From Octopus bimaculoides (taxonomy: Eukaryota), in NCBI RefSeq assembly GCF_001194135.2, contig NC_068986.1, positions 105,589,107 through 105,622,940 of the forward strand: a stretch of DNA of 33,834 nt. Reading direction: 5' to 3'. The notes beneath the pieces were generated by a model. The model was given only the letters and a program-made list of their open reading frames with translations. It was not told where the DNA came from and searched no databases. Each line of letters opens with the position of its first letter. Positions within the stretch are counted from its first letter, which is position 1. Both the position numbers and the translations under genes were made by a program. Of the stretch, positions 1-11,288 are shown one piece after another.

Positions 1-49
<49 letters not shown>

Positions 50-166
50 CTCTATATATATATATATACACACACACACATATATATACGAATTTATCTG
101 AATATGTGTATGTATACGTACATTATATGTCGTAGGTGAGTATATGATATTGCTTTGAGTGTGCGT

Positions 167-205
<39 letters not shown>

Positions 206-430
206 TGTGTGTGTATGTGTAGAACTAGATTAATTCCTGTATCCATAAATGCATAGATACCAATAAATATCCTTCAGTTTGTATGTAGATATGTGTATAT
301 AGCAAAAATCAGATAACGACCCTTCGAGTACATATTTATACCTACATACATACATACATACATACATACATACATACATACACACATACATACGTACGTA
401 CGTACGTACGTACAAATATATGTATATACA
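1..430. repeat. Compound microsatellites (TA)n, (CA)n, (GT)n, (TACA)n/(TACG)n
   Basis: Simple repeats read directly at about 1-82, 160-220 and 338-430. Confidence 0.97.
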
Positions 431-1458
431 NNNNNNNNNNNNNNNNNNNNNNNNNNNNNNNNNNNNNNNNNNNNNNNNNNNNNNNNNNNNNNNNNNNNNN
501 NNNNNNNNNNNNNNNNNNNNNNNNNNNNNNNNNNNNNNNNNNNNNNNNNNNNNNNNNNNNNNNNNNNNNNNNNNNNNNNNNNNNNNNNNNNNNNNNNNNN
601 NNNNNNNNNNNNNNNNNNNNNNNNNNNNNNNNNNNNNNNNNNNNNNNNNNNNNNNNNNNNNNNNNNNNNNNNNNNNNNNNNNNNNNNNNNNNNNNNNNNN
701 NNNNNNNNNNNNNNNNNNNNNNNNNNNNNNNNNNNNNNNNNNNNNNNNNNNNNNNNNNNNNNNNNNNNNNNNNNNNNNNNNNNNNNNNNNNNNNNNNNNN
801 NNNNNNNNNNNNNNNNNNNNNNNNNNNNNNNNNNNNNNNNNNNNNNNNNNNNNNNNNNNNNNNNNNNNNNNNNNNNNNNNNNNNNNNNNNNNNNNNNNNN
901 NNNNNNNNNNNNNNNNNNNNNNNNNNNNNNNNNNNNNNNNNNNNNNNNNNNNNNNNNNNNNNNNNNNNNNNNNNNNNNNNNNNNNNNNNNNNNNNNNNNN
1001 NNNNNNATGTATATATGTATATATATGTATGTATACTTGCATGTATGTACGTATGTGTTTGTGCATCTAAGATTTTATGCATATATACACAGAGAAGAGT
1101 TAGAGGTGTGTGTGCGAAGGAGACAGAGAGAATATGAGAGATCACATTGTGCGTATATATATATATATGCATAAAATCCCACATTCATCCATTCGTACAA
1201 ATAAGCATATATGTAACAAATGCATATACACACATACATACATTTCCGGAATGAAATGATTAAACTAACAGTTGTCTGATAAAATTAGTGACAGCGAAAC
1301 GCCTGTAATGGGATTGTATGCACGTTTGTGTGAATATGTGTATATGTATGAGTGTGTGTACATGCATATGTGTATGTGTCTATATTTGTCCGTATTTGTG
1401 TGTATGTATGTATATATATATATATATANNNNNNNNNNNNNNNNNNNNNNNNNNNNNN

Positions 1459-1496
<38 letters not shown>

Positions 1497-1802
1497 GTGT
1501 GTGTGTTAAAAGGGGAAGAACATGTGTTGTTGCAGCGACCGCTTCACTGACAATGGCGTTCAGTGATGGCGCTGTGAGAAAGAAAAAAAAAGAGTTACTT
1601 AAAGGCCGATAGCAACAAACAGTGATACAGTGATATAGTCAGTGAGGAGAACTGACCGTGGGAACTAGTTTCTCTACTGTGAACTGGTAATAATAGCGTT
1701 GTTACTGCTGATAGCGCTGCAGCTTCCAGTGGAAGTGGTGTTGATGATGATGATCATGCTGCTGGCAGGATTGGTGGTGATCAGTTTTGCTTTGTGAAGA
1801 TT

Positions 1803-2085
1803 TGGCTCATTCATGATCGTAAGGTCATGAGTTCGATTCCCGGCGACGCGTTGTGCCCTTAAATAAGACATTTTATTTCATGTTGCGCCAATCCACTCAA
1901 GTGCCAAAATTGAGAAGTACCTGTAATTCAAAGGGCCGGCCTTGTCATATTCTGGGTCACGTTGAATCTCCGTGAGAACTACGTTAAGGAACGCGTATCT
2001 GTGGAGTGCTCAACCACATGCACGTGAATTCCACGCGCAGGCTGTTCCGTTGACCGGATTAACTGGAACCCTCGTCGTCACAACT
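1803..2085 (+). mobile_element. tRNA-derived SINE, head type E joined to 3' body Y
   Basis: B-box-like GAGTTCGATTCC at about 1829. The 3' body (TTCAAAGGGCC...GAGAACTACGTTAAGG...CTGGAACCCTCGTCGTC) is shared with the copies at 6028-6410 and 27238-27623. Confidence 0.85.
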
Positions 2086-2399
2086 GCTCTCTCTACCTCC
2101 CTCACAACCTTCTCTTTCTTTCGTTATCACAATCTTTCCCTGTCTCAGAATTTCAGCTTTGAACAAAACCTTACCATTCTCAAGTCTTTCTTACTCTTCG
2201 TTCTTCCTATTTTCCTTCATCTCTTTCTCACTTCCTGTAGTCAGAAAGTAAGGGGAGACCACAGCTCTTTACGGGGCTTCTCTGACTGTTGAGAAACAGA
2301 AGTATTCTCAAACCGTAGAACTGGCTCGAAAATTTGCAACACAGAGTACTCCACCTAAGGCCCCCAGGGTGGTACCAGAAAGTGAGTGATGCTCAACTG

Positions 2400-2620
2400 G
2401 ATGGCGAATTTAAGCGTACTACCCAAGAAGGCCACGGTGGGATTTAATCTCGGTATGCAAAGAGAAAGAATTAATACCGCAACGCAGTCCGTCTGTCTTA
2501 GATTTTCGTAAAACTATTTTCTCCTCCATTGCTATTTCCATGGTTTTGTTATCGACCCTCAAAGAATGAAAGATGAAATCCACATCGGTGGATTTTGAGC
2601 TGAGAGCACCTCAAAATTCA
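2400..2620 (-). mobile_element. Highly eroded SINE family C fragments
   Basis: CGACCCTCAAAGAATGAAAGATGAAATCCACATCGGTGGATTTTGAGC resembles CGACCCCGAAAGGATGAAAGGCAAAGTCGACCTCGGTGGAATTTGAAC of the copy at 5110-5160. Confidence 0.5.
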
Positions 2621-2887
2621 CATCGTGTGTCAGAACAAATACCGATAGCCATTCTGATTGTCTACAGACTCTGCCAATTTGCCACTCTTTGGCGGTACTT
2701 AGCCTCACAAAAATTAAGCTTAATGTCTTAAAAATATTCCACTCCTAATCTGTTATATACTCTCCATGTACTGCTTACGTTTCTACGCCAGTTCCATTGC
2801 TAGACATACATACCATACTCACTAACCAAAATAGAAGCCAATTTGACTCGCAAATTATTCGTACAATTACGAGTTCACTACAATTTT

Positions 2888-3195
2888 TTGTTGTCGCTCT
2901 TTCAAAGCCTAGCCAGGCTCATGGGCCCGGTTTCCTGGTTTCTATGGCGTATGTGTTCCCCCCAGATGGACGAGATGCCAGTCCATCGCAGCGTTACTCA
3001 AGAAACAGGAAGAAAGAGTGAGAGAAAGTTGGGGTGAAAGAGCACAACAGGGGTCGCCACCAACCCCTACCGGAGCCTTGTGGAGCTTTAGGTGTTTTTT
3101 CTCAATAAACACTCACAACGATCGGTCTGGGAATCGAAACCACGATCCTCCGACCGCGAGTCCGCTGCCCTAACCACTGGGCCATTGCGCCTCCA
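2888..3195 (-). mobile_element. Full-length tRNA-derived SINE, head A joined to body X, with 15-bp TSD
   Basis: The minus strand begins GGAGGCGCAATGGCCCAGTGGTTAGGGCAGCG (A box) and has GGTTTCGATTCCC (B box). It is flanked by a perfect duplication GAGTTCACTACAATT at 2871-2885 and 3197-3211. Confidence 0.93.
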
Positions 3196-3627
3196 TGAGT
3201 TCACTACAATTACTGGTTCACAAATATTCATGCTCTTCGCGTTGCTTCTACCACAGCTGCAATGATCTTTTCTCTTCTGAGTCTACAAACTGCAGAAACC
3301 GCCCCCATTGTACTCCACCATTTGCATTCAATCCTCCTATCACCATTATCTCGGGCTCTAAATTCTATAAACATTCTGTAGATAAACTTTAAAATGAAAA
3401 CATCGGACGGCTAACACTAAATTAGGGCACAGTGTTGACTTATAAATCTTTGCTATACTCAGTTGTATATTATGATTACAAAATCGAAATATTATCCTTG
3501 CGAGCAATTAATATTTACATACCAGTTGCCACGAATAAGTTTGATGTGTAAAATTTGTCTATCCAATAGTGATACACCACTTAACTTAGTGACTATGTTA
3601 GCAATGTATTCGTGAAAAGTTAAAGGG

Positions 3628-3683
3628 GTGGATGTAGTACTGAAGAAAGAGGTATAACTCTTGAAATATGGATATACACCCAT
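3628..3683 (+). ncRNA. Candidate eroded type-I hammerhead ribozyme
   Basis: CUGAAGA (3640-46), stem II AAGAG/CUCUU with loop GUAUAA, GAAA (3663-66), short stem III, then UA (3673-74). Stem I is bulged: GUA/UAC extended by further pairs. Confidence 0.5.
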
Positions 3684-4422
3684 GACCAATTTTTCAATCT
3701 TCGATCGCATTTTTTACATGGACGTATTCGTATCTGAAACGTCATAGCTTTTAGTCCAGGCTCTAAATTCTATAGAAAATTAGTAGATAAACTTACAAAA
3801 GTTATCTTTACTCTAAATCACCTGGAGATGCCATACGTCAGTCCTACCTGGAATGTCTGTTTCTGAAAAATTTCCTCAACACCCACCTTATATACTTATG
3901 TAACAACCGCTACAAAAGCTCAAAATGCGCTCTTGGCTGACCTCAAAATGTCAATGATACCTTTATCTTACTATATATATNNNNNNNNNNNNNNNNNNNN
4001 NNNNNNNNNNNNNNNNNNNNNNNNNNNNNNNNNNNNNNNNNNNNNNNNNNNNNNNNNNNNNNNNNNNNNNNNNNNNNNNNNNNNNNNNNNNNNNNNNNNN
4101 NNNNNNNNNNNNNNNNNNNNNNNNNNNNNNNNNNNNNNNNNNNNNNNNNNNNNNNNNNNNNNNNNNNNNNNNNNNNNNNNNNNNNNNNNNNNNNNNNNNN
4201 NNNNNNNNNNNNNNNNNNNNNNNNNNNNNNNNNNNNNNNNNNNNNNNNNNNNNNNNNNNNNNNNNNNNNNNNNNNNNNNNNNNNNNNNNNNNNNNNNNNN
4301 NNNNNNNNNNNNNNNNNNNNNNNNNNNNNNNNNNNNNNNNNNNNNNNNNNNNNNNNNNNNNNNNNNNNNNNNNNNNNNNNNNNNNNNNNNNNNNNNNNNN
4401 NNNNNNNNNNNNNNNNNNNNNN

Positions 4423-4453
<31 letters not shown>

Positions 4454-4799
4454 TAATAAATCGAATCAAGTCTTGTTTGTGGTCATGTGCCTGCATGTCT
4501 TATGATGATGGCGACATATTTATTTATTTATTTATTTATTTTTGTATCGCAATATTTGAACAACAGCGTCATTGATTACTTGTTTTCAACAGGCCAATGA
4601 AGAGAGAGAAAGAGACTGAGGGAGAGAGAAAAAAGAGAGAGAGGAAAGGGTGTGTCGATCTAGATACACGGGACTTCTTTATTTCTCTTCTTAACGGATC
4701 CATGACAGGTTCATTGTATTTCTAGTGGTGAGTGCAAGAGTCGGCAAAAGGATGACGTCTAACTCGATGCAAGGGACTTCGAAGTTACGTAAAGCACAT

Positions 4800-4925
4800 T
4801 TATCTGTTTCTTACTTTTTACTTGTTTCAATCATCTGACTGCGGCCAAGCTGAAGCACAGTCTTGAAGTGCTATAGTCGAACAAATCGACCCCAGCACTG
4901 TTTTTTAAGCCTGGTATTTATTTTA
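4800..4925 (-). mobile_element. SINE family D 3' end
   Basis: The reverse complement gives CTGGGGTCGATTTGTTCGACTA...GGCCGCAGTCAGATGATTGAAACAAGTAAAA, matching the 3' end of 29330-29805. Confidence 0.85.
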
Positions 4926-4980
4926 TCGGGTTAAATTTATCTCTTTATTCTTTCGGGTTAAATTCATCGGGTTAAATTTG

Positions 4981-5233
4981 CCCGATGTGCTAACGATTCT
5001 TATTTCTTTATTGCCCACAAGGGGCTAAACCTAGAGGGGACAAACAAGGACAGACAAAGGGATTAAGTCGATTATATCGACTCCAGTGCGTAACTCGTAC
5101 TTATTTAATCGACCCCGAAAGGATGAAAGGCAAAGTCGACCTCGGTGGAATTTGAACTCAGAACGTAACGGCAGACGAGATACCGCAAAGCATTTCGCCC
5201 GGCGCGCTAACGACTCTGCCAGCTGGCCGCCTT
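4981..5233 (-). mobile_element. SINE family C, with start of a second monomer (dimer junction)
   Basis: The minus strand reads GGCGGCCAGCTGGCAGAGTCGTTAGCGCGCCGGGCGAAATGC...GTTCAAATTCC... and its tail ...AAAGAAATAAGAATCGTTAGCAC matches the junction seen in 31626-32028. Confidence 0.92.
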
Positions 5234-5365
5234 CTCTGTTGCAAATATTAAAGTTAGGTCACCTGTCCGAAAAATATTTCCACATCCTCAATTTCTCCAT
5301 TAATTTTGCAGTCCCCGAAAAACTGTTTGGACGGTGCCTGTTCTTGTTTCACTGAGCATTTTATG

Positions 5366-5485
5366 GACCCTGGAAGAATGAAAGGCAAAGTGGGTCCCAG
5401 CGGCATTTGAACTCAGAACGCAAATTCGGAAGAATTACCTCTAGACATTTTACCTTTCATGTAAACAATTCTCGCCACCTTAAGC
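5366..5485 (-). mobile_element. Eroded SINE family C fragment
   Basis: GAATGAAAGGCAAAGTGGGTCCCAGCGGCATTTGAACTCAGAACG matches the family C core. Confidence 0.75.
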
Positions 5486-6027
5486 GCCTCGCAATTATAT
5501 CACAACTTGCTTCCATCTGATCAGCTTTTCTTACCAAACAGCTAAAATATTCTAACACGTTGAAAGTTCACGATGAAGACAAACAAACAAACAAACAGAC
5601 AGACAAACAAACAAACATACAGACAGATAAACAAACAAATTCCCCCAGCCAGACTATACGAGATAAATGTTTAGCTCCAGGATACATTGGTTAAATGGGC
5701 ACCGGTAACGAAAGACAATGTAGCGCATTCAGCACTTCGAAATTTGGTGTTATAAGTTGAGAATGGGGTCGCTGCTGGTTGAATATCTTATCGGATTGAT
5801 ATATGTATATGAAGTTACCTGCCGAATTCGCATCGAGTACCGTTTTTTTGTGGATTTGTGACTGCACATTCACTCTCACACACACACATACTCACACATA
5901 CAAATAAACACACAGACACATAGCTAGAGAGTGTGAGAGAGAGATAAAGGCATATAATATTCGAAATATCTGTTCCTAGACATAGACATTATCTAGATTT
6001 TTTTTACAATGGTTATTAACAGAGAAA

Positions 6028-6410
6028 TGGAGGCGCAATGGCCCAGTGGTTAGGGCAGCGGGCTAGCGATCGTAGGATCGCGGTTTCGATTTCCAGACCG
6101 GGCGTTGTGAGTGTTTATTGAGCGCAAACACTTAAAGGTCCGAGGGGCTCCGGCAGGGGATGGTGGCGAACCCTGCTGTACTCTTTCACCACAACTTTCT
6201 CTCACTCTTCCTTCTTGTTTCTGTTGTGCCTGTATTTCAAAAGGGCCAGTCTTGTTGCACTCTGTGTCACGCTGAATCTCCTCGAGAACTACGTTAAGGG
6301 TACACGTGTCTGTGGAGTGCTCAGCCACTTGCACGTTAATTTCACGAGCAGGCTGTTCCGTTGATCGGATCAACTGGAACATTCGTCGTCGTAACTAATC
6401 GAGTGCCCCG
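6028..6410 (+). mobile_element. Full-length tRNA-derived SINE, head A joined to body Y, probable 12-bp TSD
   Basis: Starts TGGAGGCGCAATGGCCCAGTGGTTAGGGCAGCG and is colinear with 27238-27623 (-). Flanks are ATTAACAGAGAA (6015-6026) and ATTAGCAGAGAA (6411-6422), 11/12 identical. Confidence 0.92.
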
Positions 6411-6584
6411 ATTAGCAGAGAACTTCTATCATAGCTGCTCTGCTTTGATTAAGAAGAAAAGGTAGTATACAACGTAAACTAATAGTCAAAAGTCGTCCAA
6501 TCCGAATCTCAGCTATGTACATGAGCCTCACAAGGTAATAAGTGAAAGCAATCGAAGAAGGGGATCTTAATATGGTAAGCTGTC

Positions 6585-6745
6585 GTGCTAAAACTAGCTG
6601 TCATAACTACCTCAAATCAATCATGCAGTTTTAAAACAGGAGTAATGTTTCCTTTGATATAGTATCGCAATCTTTTGTGACCGTCATGGCTGGAACATCT
6701 TCAATTATTTAGCAATAGATTGATCTGAAGCTAAACAGTAATAAT
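6585..6745 (+). mobile_element. Eroded interspersed repeat, family F
   Basis: GCTAAAACTAGCTGTCATAACTACCTCAAATC...CCGTCATGGCTGGAACATCTT...GCTAAACA resembles the copies at 26.0-28.0 kb. Confidence 0.6.
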
Positions 6746-6916
6746 AACTCCATCGGTATTAGTGTTATTTGGTAGGTTTTATTTGTTGCTCATTAAAAGA
6801 ACGTCAGGCAGCGTCTAAGCAGCTTTTCAGGGACTGCAAGATTGGTAGAGAAAATGGGGATAAAGAAGTATTCTTTGAACTGGAAAACAAACTTTAATAT
6901 TTGGAACAGGAAAAGT

Positions 6917-7130
6917 GACGAACTGGCAGAATCGGTGACACGCCGGGCAAAATGCTTAACGGCATTTTGTCCGTCTTCGTGTTTTGAGTTGAAATTTCAT
7001 CGAGGTCGCCTTTGCCTTTCGTCCTTTCGGGGTCGATAAAATAAGTATCAGCTGAACACTGGGGTCGATGTAATCGACTTACCCCCTCCTCCGAACTTAA
7101 TGACCTTGTGCAAAAATTTGAACCCGGTAT
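6917..7130 (+). mobile_element. SINE family C
   Basis: GACGAACTGGCAGAATCGGTGACACGCCGGGCAAAATGCTTAACGG...CCTTTCGGGGTCGATAAAATAAGTA...CTGGGGTCGATGTAATCGACTT. Confidence 0.88.
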
Positions 7131-7190
7131 TTTTATAAGTATATACAATCGCATATAAACACACACTGATATAAATAGACAATATAAGAT

Positions 7191-7385
7191 GGCGAACTGG
7201 CTGAACCGTTAGCGAACTGGTTGATTCGTTAGCAATGCTTAGCGGCATTTCGCCTGTCTTTACGCCCTTAGTTCAAATGCCACTGAGGTCGACTTTGCCT
7301 TTCATCTTCTCGTGGTCGATAAATTAAGTACCAGTTGAGCACTGAAGTCGACTTTCCCTCTTCCCCACGAACTTGCTGACCCTGT
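7191..7385 (+). mobile_element. SINE family C with small internal head duplication
   Basis: GGCGAACTGGCTGAACCGTTAGCGAACTGGTTGATTCGTTAGCAATGCTTAGCGG followed by the family C core. Confidence 0.85.
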
Positions 7386-8682
7386 ATCAAACTTACAATA
7401 GAGTCTTGGTGTTAAACTGCGGGGCGTATTAAATATTCCATCTACGAAGTGGAACGATTCCCCCGGCTTGCCCCTTCATATTTCTCCGCAACAAGCATTT
7501 CAAAAGATTGTGAGCACTAACCCTTCTCTTAAAATTAAACAATTTAAAAGATTTGGGGAAAATATATATGTTATATGAACGAAATTATTTAAAAGATGAA
7601 AGTATTGATAGGAAAGACAATAAAATATCGATCAAGAACCGTGTTAAATATCGGATACTATAGTTTTATATAGATATTATTTATTCATGTTATTTATCTT
7701 TTGATAAAAATATTGGATGACTTCTATCATATTAATCGGTATCCAGAGAAAAAAAAGACACAATCACTGCATAGATCAGGAAAATATTATCGCACCTACC
7801 CTCTGTTGAACATGAAGAACACGCAACTAACACTTCAGCAATTGTCAACATATATATTTTTTAAACATAAATACATATATATCTTCGCTCCTGCCATCTA
7901 TTAGTATTCCGTTAGAAAGCTATCGACAGCCTTAGCTTTCATGGTGTCCGACAATATTACAGCCATGTCGTCTGTATATGCAGGACACGTCACCACCACA
8001 TCCCTGTGTAAAAGAGATTCATCTCAACACCACCAGTACACAGGTCATACAAAAGAGATGAGCGTAGGGATCTTTGATGTAGCTGATGTGAAATTCGAAC
8101 CGTCCCAGTATGTGACCATTTGGTCTGACATTGGAGCAGATTCAAAAATCCAGCTTCCGAAAGCGCGGTCGAAACTGGCTGCCAAGTAACGATGATCGAT
8201 CTTATTAAAAAGTTTTCTGTTGATCAAAATTGTTCAAAGACCCAAATACAAATTTTTTTTTACCTTCCCTCTCTGCGATTATCGTATGAAGTGACAGTCA
8301 TCATGGGTACATTCTTACGGGATCACACACATCTCCGCTTACCCGCAGATGCTAATGTCGACGTCTGCCAAAACATCGATGAACATGTCTGACATATGTG
8401 CGTAAAAACTTAGATTCCAAACCATCCAAGTCCATGGATGTTTGTATTCTATTTGGTGCTGGTGTGCCTTCTTGTAAGATCATTTATCACCATCTATATC
8501 TCAGCTAATAATAACAGGTTTCTTAATATATCAAGATAGCAAAAAGGAATATGAATTGGAACGGAATCGATTCTAATAAATGGCAAACTCAAGCGAAAAA
8601 CCGCCCAGTAAACTTATCAAGTGATATCGAAGCTAAGAAGGGTCATAATCGTGACCACTGACTACAAATAGTAATAATCCTG

Positions 8683-8868
8683 AAATTTGAGGGGAGGGGT
8701 TAAGTCGATTTCATCGACCCGAGTATTCAACTGGTACTTAATTTACCGACCGCGAAAGGATGAAAGGCAAAAATCGACCTCGGTGGAATTTGATCTCAGA
8801 ACGTAGCGACGGGCGAAACACTACTAAGCAATTCGCCCGGTGTGCTAACGATTCTGTCCGTTCGTCAC
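8683..8868 (-). mobile_element. SINE family C
   Basis: Reverse complement of the family C core (GAAAGGATGAAAGGCAAAAATCGACCTCGGTGGAATTTGA...CGCCCGGTGTGCTAACGATTCTG). Confidence 0.88.
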
Positions 8869-8903
8869 TTTACGACAAATATTAACTATCCTTTCTACTA
8901 TAA

Positions 8904-9032
8904 GCACAAGGCCTAAAATTTGGGAAGAGGCGGATTGTGGATTATATCAACCCCAGTGCATAACTGGTACATACCTCATCGAAACCCGAAAGGGTGAAAG
9001 GAAAAGTCGACCTCGGTGGAATTTGAACTCAG
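8904..9032 (-). mobile_element. 5'-truncated SINE family C
   Basis: GCACAAGGCCTAAAATTTGGG...CCCCAGTGCATAACTGGTAC...AAAGTCGACCTCGGTGGAATTTGAACTCAG. Confidence 0.82.
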
Positions 9033-9158
9033 TTACAAATAATAATAAGAGTTGTGTTGAGGAATTATTATTAAGTGACCTCGGATGGTCTAGTAAAATG
9101 ACTAATCTATCAAGACTTTGGAACCAAGAGTAGTAGAAAATAGATGATGTGGCTGTAT

Positions 9159-9307
9159 AGGCACGGAAGTGGCTGTGAGGTAAAAAGCTGGCTTCTCAAT
9201 CACATGGTTCCAGGTTTAGTTCCATTGGGCAAATTGTCTTCAACTATTGCCTCGGGCCGACCAAAACCTTATGAGAAAGTTTGGTAGACAGAAGCTAAAA
9301 CAAGACC

Positions 9308-9405
<98 letters not shown>

Positions 9406-9592
9406 TTTGTCCATCTCTTGACAACTGGTGCTGGTGTGTTTACGTCCCCGTAATCTAGCAGTTTGGCAAAAGATGCCGTTAGAATAAAAAAAATAAAATG
9501 TACTGAGGTTGATTCATTCAACTAAAATTCTTGGAGGCGGTGCCCCAGCATGACCGCAGTCTAATGACTGAAACAAATAAAAGGGTAAGAGA
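9159..9592 (+). mobile_element. SINE family D with internal (GT)n microsatellite
   Basis: The 5' half (GTGGCTGTGAGGTAAAAAGCTGGC...GCCTCGGGCCGACCAAAACC) is followed by (GT)n at 9309-9402 and the 3' half (TGGTGTGTTTACGTCCCCGTAA...CCAGCATGACCGCAGTCTAATGACTGAAAC). Confidence 0.9.
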
Positions 9593-9611
9593 AAGTGATT
9601 TTAATCTATGT

Positions 9612-9855
9612 CACGTATAACCGTTTGACCAATAGCACTCGTTAACAACGATAACGATTTAGGTGCCACCTGACGGCAGACGTAAAACGGGGAGGCCGAA
9701 GATTCTTGGCAGTAGATATTTCAAGATGGCCTAAAAGTCATCGACATTACAAGGAATGGATATGAAAGACTAACAGCTGATCGAACCCGGTGGACGACGC
9801 TTACCGTCCATTACACTGGACAGCGTAGGATCTTCTGCTGAAGAGAAATAATAAT
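9612..9855 (+). pseudogene. 3' end of an RTE-clade LINE (ORF2 C-terminus remnant)
   Basis: Translates with stops and one frameshift as HV*PFDQ*HSLTTITI*VPPDGRRKTGRPK/TWQ*IFQDGLKVIDITRNGYERLTADRTRWTTL. This matches the typical RTE C-terminal pattern W.P.G.R..GRPK.TW....(D)L......A.DR..W and ends in an (AAT)n tail. Confidence 0.8.
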
Positions 9856-9860
9856 CGTGA

Positions 9861-10212
9861 TCTTATCTTTTAATTGTTTTTGTGATTTGAGTGTGGTCAT
9901 AGTAAGGCACAGCTTTGAAGAAATTTAGTTGAATGAATTGGCCCCAGTAGTTATTTTTTAAAAGCCTGGTACTCACTCTATCGTTAGCTTTTACCAAACT
10001 GCTAGAATAGGGGGACATAAACGCACCAACACCGGTTGTCAGGCGGTGGGGAGGAACCTAAAGAGACACACACATACATATATGTATATAAACGATGGGC
10101 TCTCAGTTTCCTTGGCTTTGGTCCGCCCATGGCAATAGTAGGTGACACTTTCTCAAGGTGCCGCGATGTAGAACTGAACCTGGAACCATTACCACACAGC
10201 CATGCCTGCACC
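9861..10212 (-). mobile_element. SINE family D, internally deleted, antisense
   Basis: The minus strand starts GGTGCAGGCATGGCTGTGTGGTAATGG and contains the short internal microsatellite and the D 3' half. Confidence 0.82.
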
Positions 10213-10549
10213 CTGTTGATTATATTTCACCAATAAATATTAAATAAACTATATTTATCACTGTTTTTCTATAGAAAACATGGAATTTTGAGTTGTTTGT
10301 TTGTTTCAAAATATAATTACGTCTTAATTATACTTTAGAACGAGCATTTTAATTAATTTGCCAAAAATCAGTTTAATTTAATTTTAACAGATTTATTTCA
10401 TGTTCTGTTCTGAGTAGCTTACTTTCCTTTTAATTTGTTTATTCATTAAATTTTACAAAAATAAATGATAATTTATTCCAAAACATATTTTGACAAAATA
10501 TCCTGTAATATATTAATCCGAACAAAAATAAATATTTATCTTTTTACTA

Positions 10550-11280
10550 TTAACCCTTTAGAAGCGCTTAAGCCGCCCACATCTGGCGCAAATATTTTAC
10601 ATGTTTTATGCTCAGACTGACCAGATCCAGCCTTTCACACTTATCCTATAATGTCATTCTAAAAATTATCACTTTATTGAAATCTTGAAGCTATGAGGTT
10701 ATGCATGATTAATTCAAAACAATATGGATAAATAAGCATATCGGCGCAAGAGTGGCTGTGTTGTAAGTAGATTGCTTACCAACCACATGGTTCCGGGTTC
10801 AGTCCCACTGCGTGGTACTTTGAGCAAGTGTCTTCTACTATAGCCTCGGGCCGACCAAAGCCTTGTGAGTGGATTTGTTAGACGGAAACTGAAAGAAGCC
10901 CGTCGTATATATGTATACATATATANNNNNNNNNNNNNNNNNNNNNNNNNNNNNNNNNNNNNNNNNNNNNNNNNNNNNNNNNNNNNNNNNNNNNNNNNNN
11001 NNNNNNNNNNNNNNNNNNNNNNNNATTTTTGTGTTTGTCCCCCGCCCCTCAACATCGCTTGACGACCGATGGTGGTGTGTTCACGTCCCCGTAACCTAGC
11101 GGTTCGGCAAAAGACAACGATCGAATAAGTACTAGGCTTCCAAAGAATAAGTCTTGGGGGTCGATTTGTCGACTAAAGGCGGTGCTCCAGCATGGCCGCA
11201 ATCAAAATGACTGAAGCAAGTAAAAGAGTAAAAGAGAGAGTATTTCGTTTAACAAAGTAATCTGAATGCTGAAGGGTTAA
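10550..11280. mobile_element. TTAA-flanked piggyBac-type MITE interrupted by a SINE
   Basis: TTAA (10550-53) + CCCTTTAGAA at the left end and TGCTGAAGGG + TTAA (11277-80) at the right end. The terminal inverted repeats match 8/10 and begin CCC. About 225 bp remain after removing the nested SINE. Confidence 0.75.
10743..11240 (+). mobile_element. Full-length SINE family D, gap within its internal (TA)n
   Basis: GGCGCAAGAGTGGCTGTGTTGTAAGTAG...GGGTTCAGTCCC...GAAAGAAGCCCGTCGTATAT [TA repeat and gap] ...CTCCAGCATGGCCGCAATCAAAATGACTGAAGC. Confidence 0.93.
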
Positions 11281-11288
11281 ATACAACA

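Noticed and set aside
2300-2340. CCGTAGA-ACTGGCTC-GAAA, a possible very eroded hammerhead
   Set aside because: It has two core mismatches and no paired stems, so it cannot be told from chance.
6028-6105. tRNA-like sequence
   Set aside because: It is a SINE head with A and B boxes that continues into a repeated body and is flanked by a TSD. It is not a stand-alone tRNA gene. The same applies to the other SINE heads.
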